NCBI GenBank assembly: GCA_963705255.1
Contig: OY970061.1
Location: forward strand, 576,001-640,000
DNA: 64,000 bases
Direction of reading: 5' to 3'
Source: an uncultured Methanoregulaceae archaeon
GTDB taxonomy: Archaea > Halobacteriota > Methanomicrobia > Methanomicrobiales > Methanospirillaceae
The translations under genes were made by a program, and so were the position numbers. Numbering within the stretch: position 1 is the stretch's first letter; each line of letters opens with the position of its first letter. Of this stretch, positions 50,644-61,045 are shown piece after piece. The notes beneath the pieces are model-generated. The model did no database searches, was not told where the DNA came from, and saw only the letters and a program-made list of their open reading frames with translations.

Positions 50644-51069
50644 TCATTCTGTGCCGGGAGAGACCCGGAAGGCGACACCGTCGAACTGTGCGATGGTCCG
50701 CTCACCTTCGTAGACCATGACCCGGAATGTTGAGCACCGCCCGTTATCAGCGACCCGTTGTGCAATGGCGACAAGGTCGCCGGTCGCCGGAGCGATGTAC
50801 TGGATGTGCACCGAGACGGCTACACGGCCGGTCCCTGCGCAGTTTGCGGCGATCCCGAATGCCTGGTCAGCCAGGGCAAAGATTGCACCGCCGTGGGCAA
50901 CCCCATGGGGATTTTTCTTTTGCCTGCAGTTCATAATGACGCGTGCGTACCCGTCATCCGCCTCCGTAATTTCCATCCCCAGGAGCTGCGCGAACTCGCT
51001 CTCGTTAAATGCGGTTATCCGGTCAGCGATGGCAGCGGGATCGTGAGCGGGATGGGGATTCGGTATCAT
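50644..51069 (-). CDS. PaaI family thioesterase (hotdog fold)
   Basis: NPHGVAHGGAIFALAD.AF. Confidence 0.9.
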   Translation of the reverse strand: MIPNPHPAHDPAAIADRITAFNESEFAQLLGMEITEADDGYARVIMNCRQKKNPHGVAHGGAIFALADQAFGIAANCAGTGRVAVSVHIQYIAPATGDLVAIAQRVADNGRCSTFRVMVYEGERTIAQFDGVAFRVSPGTE

Positions 51070-51107
51070 GGTGCGCACCGGAGAAATTCTTTCATGATCC
51101 GGGAAGC

Positions 51108-51806
51108 TCATTTGTATTTTTTCTGCGAGTACGAATATTTCTGGGTCTCTCCGCCATCGGCAACGATATACATCCACTCGTACAAGGATTTCACGGTCCC
51201 GAATTTTTTGTAGCGCCGCATGGAGAACCCGACTTTGAGCCTGCCATCAAAACGGATAGACCCCTGGTCTTTCATCCGCATGGCGATCTCGAGGTCATCA
51301 CCGGCATCGATGCAGCGGTACCTGCCGGCTTTTTCGAATGCCTCCTTGCGGAACGCGGTATTGCACCCGAGCGTATAATAAAACGTCCTGCTGTAATAGC
51401 CGATCCGGGAGAACGTGTTCGCAAGCAGGAGGGAGAACCGGTTGCCGAAGCTCTCCTCGATGGGGTAGATCGGGCCATAGACCTGGACAACCGAGGGGTT
51501 TGAAAAATTCTCGCCAATCCGTTGTATCCAGTAGGGCGGAAGGATGCAGTCCGCATCGGTGGTGGCAATGATATCCCCTTTTCCAACGCGAGCTCCGTCG
51601 TTGCGGGCGCCGCCCACCTTTCTGCTGGTCTGGATGAAGACCCTGTCAGCGTATTTTTCTGCGATCTCGCACGTCCTGTCCTTTGAACCGCCGTCGACGA
51701 CAATGATCTCGTACCCGTTGCGGGGGACAGTCTGGTGGCAGAGAGAGACAAGACACTGCGCGATATTCTCCTCTTCATTAAAAGTCGGGATGATAACCGA
51801 TATCAT
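51108..51806 (-). CDS. Glycosyltransferase family 2
   Basis: SVIIPTFNEE, VVDGGSKD, ARNDG, TDAD, GDDLE. Confidence 0.92.
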   Translation of the reverse strand: MISVIIPTFNEEENIAQCLVSLCHQTVPRNGYEIIVVDGGSKDRTCEIAEKYADRVFIQTSRKVGGARNDGARVGKGDIIATTDADCILPPYWIQRIGENFSNPSVVQVYGPIYPIEESFGNRFSLLLANTFSRIGYYSRTFYYTLGCNTAFRKEAFEKAGRYRCIDAGDDLEIAMRMKDQGSIRFDGRLKVGFSMRRYKKFGTVKSLYEWMYIVADGGETQKYSYSQKKYK

Positions 51807-51870
51807 TCGGGTAAAAACTCCTGTAGAAATGTGTGTTTTTCTGATGATAAGCGTGATGCAGAAAACCGGT

Positions 51871-53187
51871 TCAGGGCTTTTTATCCTGTTCAACAAAATC
51901 GAAGACAGAGCGGATGACCCCGTCCATGTTCAGGTACTCAAACTGGGCGAAGCGGCCGAGAAGCGGGATGCCGGACCGCGAGCAGAACTCCCGGATAGTG
52001 GCGATGTTCTTCTGGTACGCGAGGTCATAGACAACGTACGCGAACGGCTGGCGTTCCACGGAAGTGAAGACGATCTTCTCCGGGGTGCAGACCTGCATCG
52101 ATGTGAGCATGGCCGTCACTTCCCGGACAAGTTCATCATCCGGAAGACTGGCGATTTCGTCGCCCGGCTGGCAGGTGATCTCGGCGAGAACGGAACTGTA
52201 GCCCTCAGGGGCCGCGTGCCGGCTGAAGTTTGACGGGAACGAGACCCGGTTGGTCTTCCCGAGGTTTTTGTCCGGGATATACATCCAGGAAATCCCCGGG
52301 ATTGTGCCTCTGATGCCGATATTGACGCAGATGAGTGCGTTGTATACCAGTGCCCGGCAGGCATCGGCGACCGGTGCCGGGAGATCCTCAAGGCAGGGCA
52401 GCAGGTTCTGGACTGGTATCGTGCAGATGACCCGGTCAGCTTTGACCGTCTCCTTACCATTGCTGATAAGCCAGGCGTTGCCGGCCTTTCTGACTGAGGT
52501 CACCAAGAACCCGGTGCGGACAAATTTTTCTACCGGCCGTGCGATTGCCCGGACGAGAGCTTCGATCCCGCCGTCCAGCGGGTACGAGAAGACGGCCTGG
52601 TGCGTGTAGCCCTCGGTATCAATCCCGATTGCGGACCTGATGATGTCTTCAACCGGTGGGCGGGGAATCCGTCCGTCCACCCAGTGGAGTGACATCCTTT
52701 CCGTGGGATATTTCCAGATCTTCTCGTTGTAGGGCACCATGTAGCACTCAGCGATACCCTGGCCGAAGGTGTAATGGATCCATTCCCGGAAATTTTCCGG
52801 CTTCTTTGCCTCCCCTTTCTCAACGGCAATCAGGTTCCGGACAAAGCCGTTGATGCAGGCAAACCGGTCCCCCGGTGGCAGCTCGTGCAGCCCGTTTTCG
52901 AACGGGTACTTGACATGCCGCCCTTTGTAGAAGATCTTCGTGTTCCGGTGGTTCCGCTGCTCGTTCCCTTCGATCATACGGCGCATGAACGCGAGGACTT
53001 CGGCGTCTCTCGAGAAGATGATATGGGATCCGCCAGTATCGAACGTGAACCCGTCCTTCGTTCTCGATCGGCAGAGTCCGCCATATTCCGGCTCCGCTTC
53101 AAGGACGATGATCTCCTCCCCTTTTTCGTGCAGGAGCCGGGCAAGCGTCAGGCCGGAGAGGCCACCCCCGAGAATTGCTGTCGTCAC
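51871..53187 (-). CDS. FAD-dependent oxidoreductase (UDP-galactopyranose mutase / protoporphyrinogen oxidase-like)
   Basis: GGGLSGL, GGLCRS, FDTGGSH, YNEKIW, GRFAQFEYLNMD. Confidence 0.8.
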   Translation of the reverse strand: MTTAILGGGLSGLTLARLLHEKGEEIIVLEAEPEYGGLCRSRTKDGFTFDTGGSHIIFSRDAEVLAFMRRMIEGNEQRNHRNTKIFYKGRHVKYPFENGLHELPPGDRFACINGFVRNLIAVEKGEAKKPENFREWIHYTFGQGIAECYMVPYNEKIWKYPTERMSLHWVDGRIPRPPVEDIIRSAIGIDTEGYTHQAVFSYPLDGGIEALVRAIARPVEKFVRTGFLVTSVRKAGNAWLISNGKETVKADRVICTIPVQNLLPCLEDLPAPVADACRALVYNALICVNIGIRGTIPGISWMYIPDKNLGKTNRVSFPSNFSRHAAPEGYSSVLAEITCQPGDEIASLPDDELVREVTAMLTSMQVCTPEKIVFTSVERQPFAYVVYDLAYQKNIATIREFCSRSGIPLLGRFAQFEYLNMDGVIRSVFDFVEQDKKP

Positions 53188-53419
53188 TGCACATACGTGC
53201 GTCGTTTGGGCATATATGATTGAGCGTACCAGGGTCGGACTGTCTGTGGCATGGGTGCAGATCCGGGCATCGGTATCCGATTCTGGAAAGTTCCGGACCC
53301 GGAGAACGGTCCGGGAACATTACGGTCTTTTTATACAGCAGCCTTCTATACCGGAAATAAAACGATACTGTTATGTCAGAACATGGCAGAGTTTTTTGAT
53401 TCCCGGAGGGTAGATCAAA

Positions 53420-54991
53420 ACGGATCTCGTTGTTCAGTTCATTCTTGCAATCCTGCCCATTCTCCTGATCTTTATCGGACTCGTTTTCCTGAAGCAGTCG
53501 GGAACACTCATGGGCATTCTCGGCTGGCTGCTGACCGTCATCCTGGCGATCCTGTTCTTCCAGACCTCGCCGGACATCGCGCTGTATGCATCCTGGAGCG
53601 GCGTACTCTCATCGTTTGGCATATCGCTGATGGTACTTTTTACTATCCTGCAGGTGACCATGATGGATGTGACCGGCGCGATTGCCCGGATCACCACGTA
53701 CATCAAGTCAATCGCGGCCGAGCGGTATGAACAGATCATGATCCTGAACGTAGGGTTCGGGTCGTTCCTGGTCTCGATCGGTGCAACGCCGGTCACGATG
53801 CTGCCGCCAATCATGCTCGCACTCGGGTTCTCCCCTCTAGCTGCGGTTGCCCTGCCCTGTCTCGGGTACGACCCGCTCACCTCCTTCTCGCTCCTCGCAG
53901 TCCCGATCACGATCCCAGCCTCGGTCTTCAACTTCGACCCCAAGCTCCTCGGCTGCACGATCGCCCTCTTCCTGCCAGTCATCTCGACCGGTATTGCGCT
54001 GGGCATGCTCTGGGTCGCGGACGGGTTCGAAGGCGTAAAGAAAGGATTCTCCACGGCACTGGTTGCGGGCCTGACACTCGGTTTCTCTGCAATCGTCTTT
54101 GTCAATCTCCTCCCGGGGTCTGCCATAGGACTCGTCGGTGTCTTCTCGGGTCTTGTAACGATTGCGGTCCTCTTCCTCCTGAGGGCCATCCGGGGAAAGC
54201 CGATCGATACAGCCACTCCTGCCGACACTTCTGCAACGGATACCGGCATGCCGCTCTGGAGGGCAGCCTTCCCCTGGATATTACTCGTAACGTTTGCAAT
54301 CATCATCAGCATCCCCGTCATCCAGACCGGCCTCTACACCTTCCTCGGGCCGATCCAGAAGATCCCCGTCGTGGCCAATAAATTCGTTGACCTGAAGCTC
54401 CTGAACCAGGCCTACTTCTGGGTGCTCGTCAGCACCATCATCGCCGCACCGCTCCTTGTCCGGGGCGGCAAAGAGGCAAAGCATATCCTCACCCTCTGGG
54501 TAAAGCGTGCCTGGAGCCCGACCCTTGCCGCGATGGTCTTCTTTGCGATCGCCTATGTCATGGACTGGTCCGGCCAGTCGGTGATCAACGGGGCCGTGAC
54601 TTTTGCCCCCGGGGCGAATGCCTTCAACATGAACGTGGTGATCGGGCTGTCGCTTGCCCTCGCCTTCGGCATTGCGTTCCCGCTGTTCAGCCCGACACTG
54701 GGCCTCTTTGGAGCCTTCGTCTCCGGAAGCGAGTCGTCCTCAAACGTCATGTTCTACGGCATCCTCAAGAAGTCAACCGATGTCCTGAACCTTAACTTTA
54801 TCCAGGTCTATGCCGCGCACGCGGTTGCCGGTGGTATTGCTTCGGGAGTGGCCGTGGCGAAGATCATCAACGCGGCAGCGGTCGTAGACAAGCTGGGTAT
54901 TGAAGGGGAAGTGGTCCGCAAGGTTGCACCGGTTGCGATCGTGCTGACGATCCTGACCGGCGTGATGCTCGTTGTGATGCTGGTCCTCTGA
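53420..54991 (+). CDS. L-lactate permease (LctP) family transporter; apparent ACG start
   Basis: Many TM helices; FVSGSESSSNVMF motif; frame stays open upstream of 53510 to ACG at 53420, after GGAGGG. Confidence 0.75.
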   Translation, partial: TDLVVQFILAILPILLIFIGLVFLKQSGTLMGILGWLLTVILAILFFQTSPDIALYASWSGVLSSFGISLMVLFTILQVTMMDVTGAIARITTYIKSIAAERYEQIMILNVGFGSFLVSIGATPVTMLPPIMLALGFSPLAAVALPCLGYDPLTSFSLLAVPITIPASVFNFDPKLLGCTIALFLPVISTGIALGMLWVADGFEGVKKGFSTALVAGLTLGFSAIVFVNLLPGSAIGLVGVFSGLVTIAVLFLLRAIRGKPIDTATPADTSATDTGMPLWRAAFPWILLVTFAIIISIPVIQTGLYTFLGPIQKIPVVANKFVDLKLLNQAYFWVLVSTIIAAPLLVRGGKEAKHILTLWVKRAWSPTLAAMVFFAIAYVMDWSGQSVINGAVTFAPGANAFNMNVVIGLSLALAFGIAFPLFSPTLGLFGAFVSGSESSSNVMFYGILKKSTDVLNLNFIQVYAAHAVAGGIASGVAVAKIINAAAVVDKLGIEGEVVRKVAPVAIVLTILTGVMLVVMLVL

Positions 54992-55229
54992 TCCCTTTTT
55001 CGGTGCATCCTGCAAACACTATCCACCAATTCTGCTTTTTTTAATGGCATTTCAGTACCGTCTTTGGATAGCGTGGTCCGGCCGCCGGAGAGGATCGATC
55101 CGGATCCTGCCGGAAAAATTACCAACACCTCATGGTTTGACAAATGTCAATTTCCGGATGGGCACCCGTGCCCTTTGATGGACGAGTCTTTTTATTATTC
55201 GTGGATCAATCTCCTTTCAAGGTACCGGC

Positions 55230-55743
55230 ATGCCCAGGATCTGCCCGCACTGCGGGAAGGAATCAGACGAGGAGTCTCCGCGGTTCTGCAGCGGATGCGG
55301 TGCCCGGATGGACGGGAGCACCCCGCCGGGTACCGGGATACTTCACCCCATCCCGGGATCAGAAGAACCCGCTGATCGCGGGAGTCTGCTCATCCGTGCT
55401 TCCCGGTCTCGGGCAGGTATACAACGGTGAGACCGCAAAAGGGGTTGTCGTCTTTCTCCTCGCCCTCGCGGGACTGGCCTTCTTCCTGATCCCCGGCCTC
55501 ATCGCGTGGTTCTACGGGATGTACAATGCGTATTCCGTGGCGGGAAAGATGAACACCGGGGAGATCGCGTTCCGCGAGACCAGGACGCTTCACATGGTCT
55601 TGTTCATCGTCTTCGCCCTCGTCGTGATCGCTGTCGCGCTCCTGATACTCATCACGATGGTGATAGCGCCCCTGATGAACCAGTTTGGTTCGCTCGATAC
55701 CGGTGATTACCGTACACTGCTCGATACCAACGGATTGGTATGA
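55230..55743 (+). CDS. Zinc-ribbon plus TM2-like membrane protein; frameshift near 55325
   Basis: CPHCG..FCSGCG in one frame; KNPLIAG..SVLPGLGQVYNG in another. Confidence 0.75.
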
Positions 55744-55985
55744 TCGGATGGACCGGTTGATCGGAAGTTACTGAAAATCAGAGTATACAGGAGAGATGCA
55801 CTGCCCTCATGCCGGATTGATCCGGGAACGTTTATGATATGCGATGCATCGGCAGCTTCCCGAATGTAAAAAACCAGGCCATCGGGGAGGGCGGAGAATT
55901 TAAAATCAGACAGGCAGACCTGTCATGGTCTTCTGAATATCTCGTCTGGATAGAACCGGCACGGTGAAGTTATGCAGTCGTACGG

Positions 55986-56460
55986 TTACTCCACCTCTCC
56001 TTCAATCGTTACGGTCTTCTCTTCGACCGGAATCGTGACCCCGGCCCTTGCAAGCGCCTTATCCACAACGTACCGCACTCCACTGCAGCAGGGTACTTCC
56101 CTATGGAGGGGCGTGATCGACTGGATCGTGCGCTGAACAAAATCTCCGCGAGTTTTTTAATATAACCTTCAATGTCCGAATCGAGTTTTTGACAGAAGAT
56201 GATCAGGTCCTGCTCTGCAGGAACTCCGCGTGAAACCCGGGGTAGGCGAACGGGACGCAGTCCGCGGAGGTGAGGATGTCTGCGTTGTCGAAGTACGGGG
56301 CCGCGGGGTTCAGGAGCGCGAGCTGGACCGGCCACTGCCGGAGTTCGGATGCGGTCGTCCCGCCCATCTCGGTGAGTCCGTCAGCGCTCACCCGGAAGAC
56401 CCTCCAGGTGCCGTACCGGAGCGGAGCCGGATCTCGCGGGAGATGACGGCTTCCTGCGAG
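55986..56460 (-). pseudogene. Degraded, 5'-truncated Fe-S cluster-binding protein gene
   Basis: Fragments SELRQWPVQL, ADCVPFA, IFCQKLD, EVPCCSG in different frames; N-terminal ferredoxin part missing. Confidence 0.7.
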
Positions 56461-56604
56461 ACCGACCGCGGCTGGAGAATTTCACGCCGGAATTCTGTTG
56501 TAATCTTCGGCAGTTGCGCAAGGATCCGTGCCGCAAATTTCACGCGGACGATTTTTTATCACAACTGGTGCAAACACCACACCGACGGTAAATGCTACTT
56601 CTCG

Positions 56605-57579
56605 TTACCGGTGCTGTATCAGGTATACGACCAATACAAGTAATGCTGAAACTACCAGAAAAGCGATAAAGATCAGAATGCTTCGCAGCCATATCTGGCG
56701 GTTGGTGAGCAATCCTCCGGCCGCCGGTTCCAGTTCAAGTCGGAATTGCGATAAATCGAGCTCTGCAAAATGCTGTAAATCGTACCGGAACGCGTTAGCG
56801 GATTGATAGCGCTCGTCTGAATTGCGGCGTATCGACTTGAGCACCACGGCCTCTATGCCCGGTGGAATTGATGGCTGGAACATGCGTGGCGAGGCAGGAA
56901 TTGCCGTGAGGTGCTGGTTCATGACAGAAAGGGCATTATCCCCGTGAAATGGGAGGGTGCCCGTAAACATTTCATAGACAATCATTCCCAGTGCGTACAC
57001 ATCAGTACGGGAATCCCCGCGTTTTCCCTGGATCTGTTCAGGTGCCATATAATCCGGTGTTCCAAAGGTATTTGATGCCCACCGCCACGTTACACGCCTG
57101 GAACCTTCAAGCAATGCGCTCCCAAAGTCGAGGATGTGAATTTTACCATCAGGTCCGACAACAACATTTTCTGGTTTCAGGTCACGATGATAAACCCCGT
57201 GAGCATGAAGATAATCTATTGTATCAGCGAGCTGGTCTGCAAGAGAGAGAACTTCGTTGAGGGGTAAAGGTGCATTTTCGCTTATATAGGTGCGGAGTGA
57301 TGTGCCTTCGATATATTCCAGGACAAGGACGACGCAGTCAGTTCCTTCCTTAAAGGTGATCGCTTTTGGGATTGCGGGATGGTTTAACTTCTGCCCGATA
57401 GAAACCTCCCGACGAAAACGCTCATACGTTGCCAGATCGCCAAGCAGGGATGCCTCAGGAAATTTAAGTATTACCAGCTTACCATCGGGAGCGCTTGCCT
57501 TGTAGATCTGGCTGAATCCTCCTTGGGCGAGTAATCCTATTATTTTATAATCGCAGACCACGTCGCCAGTTTTATACAT
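56605..57579 (-). CDS. Hanks-type Ser/Thr protein kinase with C-terminal TM anchor
   Basis: AQGGFSQIY, VILK, RRE, HRDLKPEN, DFG, GTPDYMAPE, DVYALG; terminal hydrophobic helix. Confidence 0.95.
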   Translation of the reverse strand: MYKTGDVVCDYKIIGLLAQGGFSQIYKASAPDGKLVILKFPEASLLGDLATYERFRREVSIGQKLNHPAIPKAITFKEGTDCVVLVLEYIEGTSLRTYISENAPLPLNEVLSLADQLADTIDYLHAHGVYHRDLKPENVVVGPDGKIHILDFGSALLEGSRRVTWRWASNTFGTPDYMAPEQIQGKRGDSRTDVYALGMIVYEMFTGTLPFHGDNALSVMNQHLTAIPASPRMFQPSIPPGIEAVVLKSIRRNSDERYQSANAFRYDLQHFAELDLSQFRLELEPAAGGLLTNRQIWLRSILIFIAFLVVSALLVLVVYLIQHR

Positions 57580-57713
57580 TACGGTACCTCACTTCCCCGT
57601 TGCAGAGATTAATCCATGGAGTCTGGGGAAACCAAAGCAGATAATTCTATCAGAAATTATTTTTATTCCTTTATTATCTTAGGTAACGATGCTGGTACAT
57701 GATATAGTATGAG

Positions 57714-58574
57714 TTACTGTCTTCCCAGGATTCTCTTCCAGGAAAACCGCGGTGCAGCTTGGGGGCCTATCGTTTCTATCCGAAACATAATGGCGGTTAT
57801 ATTATCCGGTGCTCCACCCCTTAACGCAAACCGGACCAGTTTTTCACACGCTGAACTGATATCATTTTCCTGTATTGTGACCAGAATTTCCTCCTCGGTG
57901 AGTTCTGACCACAATCCGTCACTGCAGAGGAGATAGATGTCACCGGGTAGCGGTCGTTCGCGTATTATATCTGCATTCATGAATGGCTCGCCGCCAACAG
58001 AACGGGTAAGCTGGTGGCGCCCCGGATGCTGAGACGCCTGTTCTGTGGAGATCAAGTGCAGGGTAAGCAGATCATTTGCCATCGTATGATCCCGGGTCAA
58101 TAACCCGATGCGGCCATCTCTCACCCGGTAAAGCCGGCAGTCCCCTACATGGCCAATGGTTAACGAATCCTGATCTAATGCGACAACCGTTAATGTTGTC
58201 TGCATTTTATGGAATAATTCAGGATCCAGTTGAGCCTTGCTGAATACGTTCTGGTTTGCCTGCTGCAAAGCACGGCCAACCAGACGGTCCGCCTCCCCAC
58301 CCTGCCATGTATGAAATTCATCTTTAACAGATTTCAGGGCCATTCTGCTGGCAATGGCTCCGCCGCGGTGCCCGCCGAGCCCATCGGCAACTGCGAAGAG
58401 ATACCGCGAGGTCGACTCAGTCTCTGTTTTTACTTCGACCGAATGGGCGACCCAATGGGCATCCTCGTTCTGCGATCGCATCAAACCCTGGTGGGTGATC
58501 GCCCGCCACTTCACAATCACTCCGACCAGGTTTGGCGTCTTCTCTTTCAGTTGCGTCATGGAATTTTCTTTCAT
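57714..58574 (-). CDS. PP2C/PPM family Ser/Thr phosphatase; start uncertain
   Basis: RSQNED, VADGLGGH, HVGDCR, DHT, LTRSVG, CSDGL, DNIT. Confidence 0.93.
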   Translation of the reverse strand: MKENSMTQLKEKTPNLVGVIVKWRAITHQGLMRSQNEDAHWVAHSVEVKTETESTSRYLFAVADGLGGHRGGAIASRMALKSVKDEFHTWQGGEADRLVGRALQQANQNVFSKAQLDPELFHKMQTTLTVVALDQDSLTIGHVGDCRLYRVRDGRIGLLTRDHTMANDLLTLHLISTEQASQHPGRHQLTRSVGGEPFMNADIIRERPLPGDIYLLCSDGLWSELTEEEILVTIQENDISSACEKLVRFALRGGAPDNITAIMFRIETIGPQAAPRFSWKRILGRQ

Positions 58575-58703
58575 TAATGACCACACGTTCCTGTCAACAA
58601 TTAAAAGTGAGAGGGCCCGGATCCGGGCGCTTTTTCATCACTTGCTCACCTCTGGCATTTTTGTTTCATGTTTATCTCTATCAAGGGGGTCAATCTTCTG
58701 CCA

Positions 58704-60284
58704 TTACTCTTTATCCAATCCATTTGCCTGGGGCACATTCGTGGTCAGTACCGGGAGACCCTCTTTCTTCGAGTTATGAATGAACCAGGTCTGACCCGGC
58801 CACCAGCCAGACGGCAACCATTGCGAGCGCAATAATTGCATCGTTTGCTGTGTTTCCCCCGGCACTGATACCGAGCCAGATAACTGCCCCGAACATAACA
58901 AAATTCGCCAGGAAACCCAGTAAGGGGACCAGCTTGTGTTTCAGGATACTGGAATCAGGACGGTGGAAGAACGCCCACAGGGCAATCAGATTGGTCAAGC
59001 CATAGAGAAGGAAGGTGCCTGTGTTGGATGCCAGCGTGATCTGGGTCAGGTTATCCACATTCAGTACCCTGTACGCGCCGAGTGCGGCAGATACCGCCAC
59101 GAGAATCCAAATGCCATAGTGCGGTGTGTCGTACTTTCCATGCAGAACGCCCAGCAGGGTGGGTACCTCTTTTTCCTTGCCCATAGCATAGGTGATGCGG
59201 ACGCCGGTGTTCAGGCAGGCAAGGGTAGTACCAATCAGTGCCAGCACTACCGTCGCAGCAAATATAATCACAAGAATGAACCCGGTACCACCGAGCATCT
59301 GGTCACCGATAACCCGCATCATATCCCCGATGGGAGCCCCGGATGCCGCAACTGCCCCCCAGCCCGAAACTGCAGCTCCTGTTGAATCGGTGCCAGTCAA
59401 TTGAGGGCCGACAAAATAAATGGCAGCGAAGTATTCGAATAAATAGGCAAACGCGCCCTGGATGATAAGAGAGAGAAGGATTGCTCGTTTGATATCCTTC
59501 TTTGGCTGGAGCGCTTCGGAACCTAAGGAGGTCACCGACTCGAAGCCCACCAGTAACAGAATTGCGATGGTCGATTGGAAGAGCAGGTTGGTGAAGTTGT
59601 GCGGAATAAGAATGGAAGAAGCGGTTTGTACATACGCCAGTTCCGGATGTGCGTGCCGGTACAGGATGGCCAGGATCGAAAAGGCAATGAGTGCCGCCAG
59701 CTGGATTGCATTAATAACTATCGCGGTCATGGTCGAACCGGTTATCCCGCGATACGCGATATAGCCGTTCAGGACCGCAAACAGGATGGCTACGAGAATC
59801 TGCTGCCACACTGCTAGGGTGATGCCAAACAAGCCGAAGATGTAGACGATCAGAATGGCCGAGAAGGCCACCATGATCCCCGGATAAATCCAATAATAGA
59901 GATGCGATATCCAGCCCACCAAAAATTTGGCAATACGCGCCCATTTACGGTGCCCGGCCTTTTCTTTTTCAAGAAATGAGGCTTCGGCATAATAATAGGT
60001 AGAGCCGGAACCGGCTTTGGGATATATATTCGCCAGCTCGGCATAGGAAATTGCTGTTAGGAATGCCAGGATGAGCGCGGCCAACAGGCCGGTCCACATC
60101 TCGCCTGCAGTTGTTACACCACCGTTCGTCTGCGCTGCCTGTATCTGGAAGGTGGTCCAGAGAAAGGCTCCCGGAGCAATAAGCGCCATGGCATTCACCA
60201 GAAGCGAGGTCAGGTTCAGCGTGCGTTTCATTGTTCCTGTGGTCTGGCCCCGGTCGTCTGGTTATTACTTTGTGCTTGATCCAT
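58704..60284 (-). CDS. APC-superfamily (amino acid/polyamine/amine) permease; probable indels near 60248 and 58795
   Basis: ~12 TM helices; NAMALIAPGAF, SYAELA..YPKAGS, VGFES, RITYAMG; AAGGAGG before the ATG at 60284. Confidence 0.88.
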
Positions 60285-60323
60285 CAATCAAATCCTCCTT
60301 AACCAAATCATGAACGTGTACAT

Positions 60324-60350
60324 GGAAGGATATTTCCTTCTATATATTAT
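60324..60350 (-). promoter_or_regulatory. TATA box plus palindromic operator, overlapping NrpR-type GGAA-N6-TTCC
   Basis: GGAA GGATAT TTCC at 60324-60337; GAAGGA-N4-TCCTTC at 60325-60340 abutting TATATA. Confidence 0.65.
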
Positions 60351-60545
60351 AAATATTCCTATTTAATCAAAATAAAAACACAAAGCATACCGAATTAATG
60401 ATACTGCTAGTAAAAATCAGCTTGATAATTGTGTGAACATTTCAAATTTCCTGATAAAAACTTAAGAACATACTAGGGAGAAGAAAATTCTGGAGTACTG
60501 AAAAAGGAAGGATAGTCCTTTGTTGAAGATTCCTTCATCCAAATT

Positions 60546-60875
60546 TCATCTCCAAGTTTCATCAGTACGCACTTTGGCCATCATCTCAACCGGCAGGATA
60601 AATATTTTTCCATCACCGAACTTTCCTGTCCTGCCGGTGGCACGGATGATCGAGATGATTGTATCGACATCCTGGTCATTTACGACCATCATAAGCATGA
60701 TCTTGGGCAAGGTATCAACTTCAACCATTTCTCCCCGGTATTCAAGTGTAATACCTTTTTGTTCTCCTCTGCCAGTTATCTCAAGAATGCTCATGGCAAC
60801 AAAACCCTTCTCCTCAAGGGCTTTTTTTATCGTATCGAGTTTGTCAGGCCGTATAATTGCATGAACCATTTTCAT
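60546..60875 (-). CDS. glnK: P-II nitrogen regulatory protein (GlnK-like)
   Basis: AIIRP, GRGEQKG, YRG, LPK, RTGKFGDGKIF, VRT. Confidence 0.92.
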   Translation of the reverse strand: MKMVHAIIRPDKLDTIKKALEEKGFVAMSILEITGRGEQKGITLEYRGEMVEVDTLPKIMLMMVVNDQDVDTIISIIRATGRTGKFGDGKIFILPVEMMAKVRTDETWR

Positions 60876-61021
60876 AAACTTTTCACCTCTCTCTTTGTCA
60901 AGATTGTTTGCTATTTGCATTTGATGCATTTTTGTTATCGGAATGAATAGCATAAGAACCATTCTTAAACTATACCAATAATATCTGTATATTCTGATAT
61001 TGTAATTAGAAATATTTATAT

Positions 61022-61043
61022 TATATAGAAGGAAACATCCTTC
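61022..61043 (+). promoter_or_regulatory. Second copy of the TATA plus GAAGGA-N4-TCCTTC operator, before the GNAT gene and divergent from glnK
   Basis: TATATA GAAGGA AACA TCCTTC; matches the reverse complement of 60325-60346 at all but one base. Confidence 0.65.
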
Positions 61044-61045
61044 TA

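Noticed and set aside
58615-58628. Perfect 14-bp palindrome GCCCGGATCCGGGC between the APC and PP2C genes
   Set aside because: Could be a terminator or processing hairpin, but it is a single copy with no supporting evidence.
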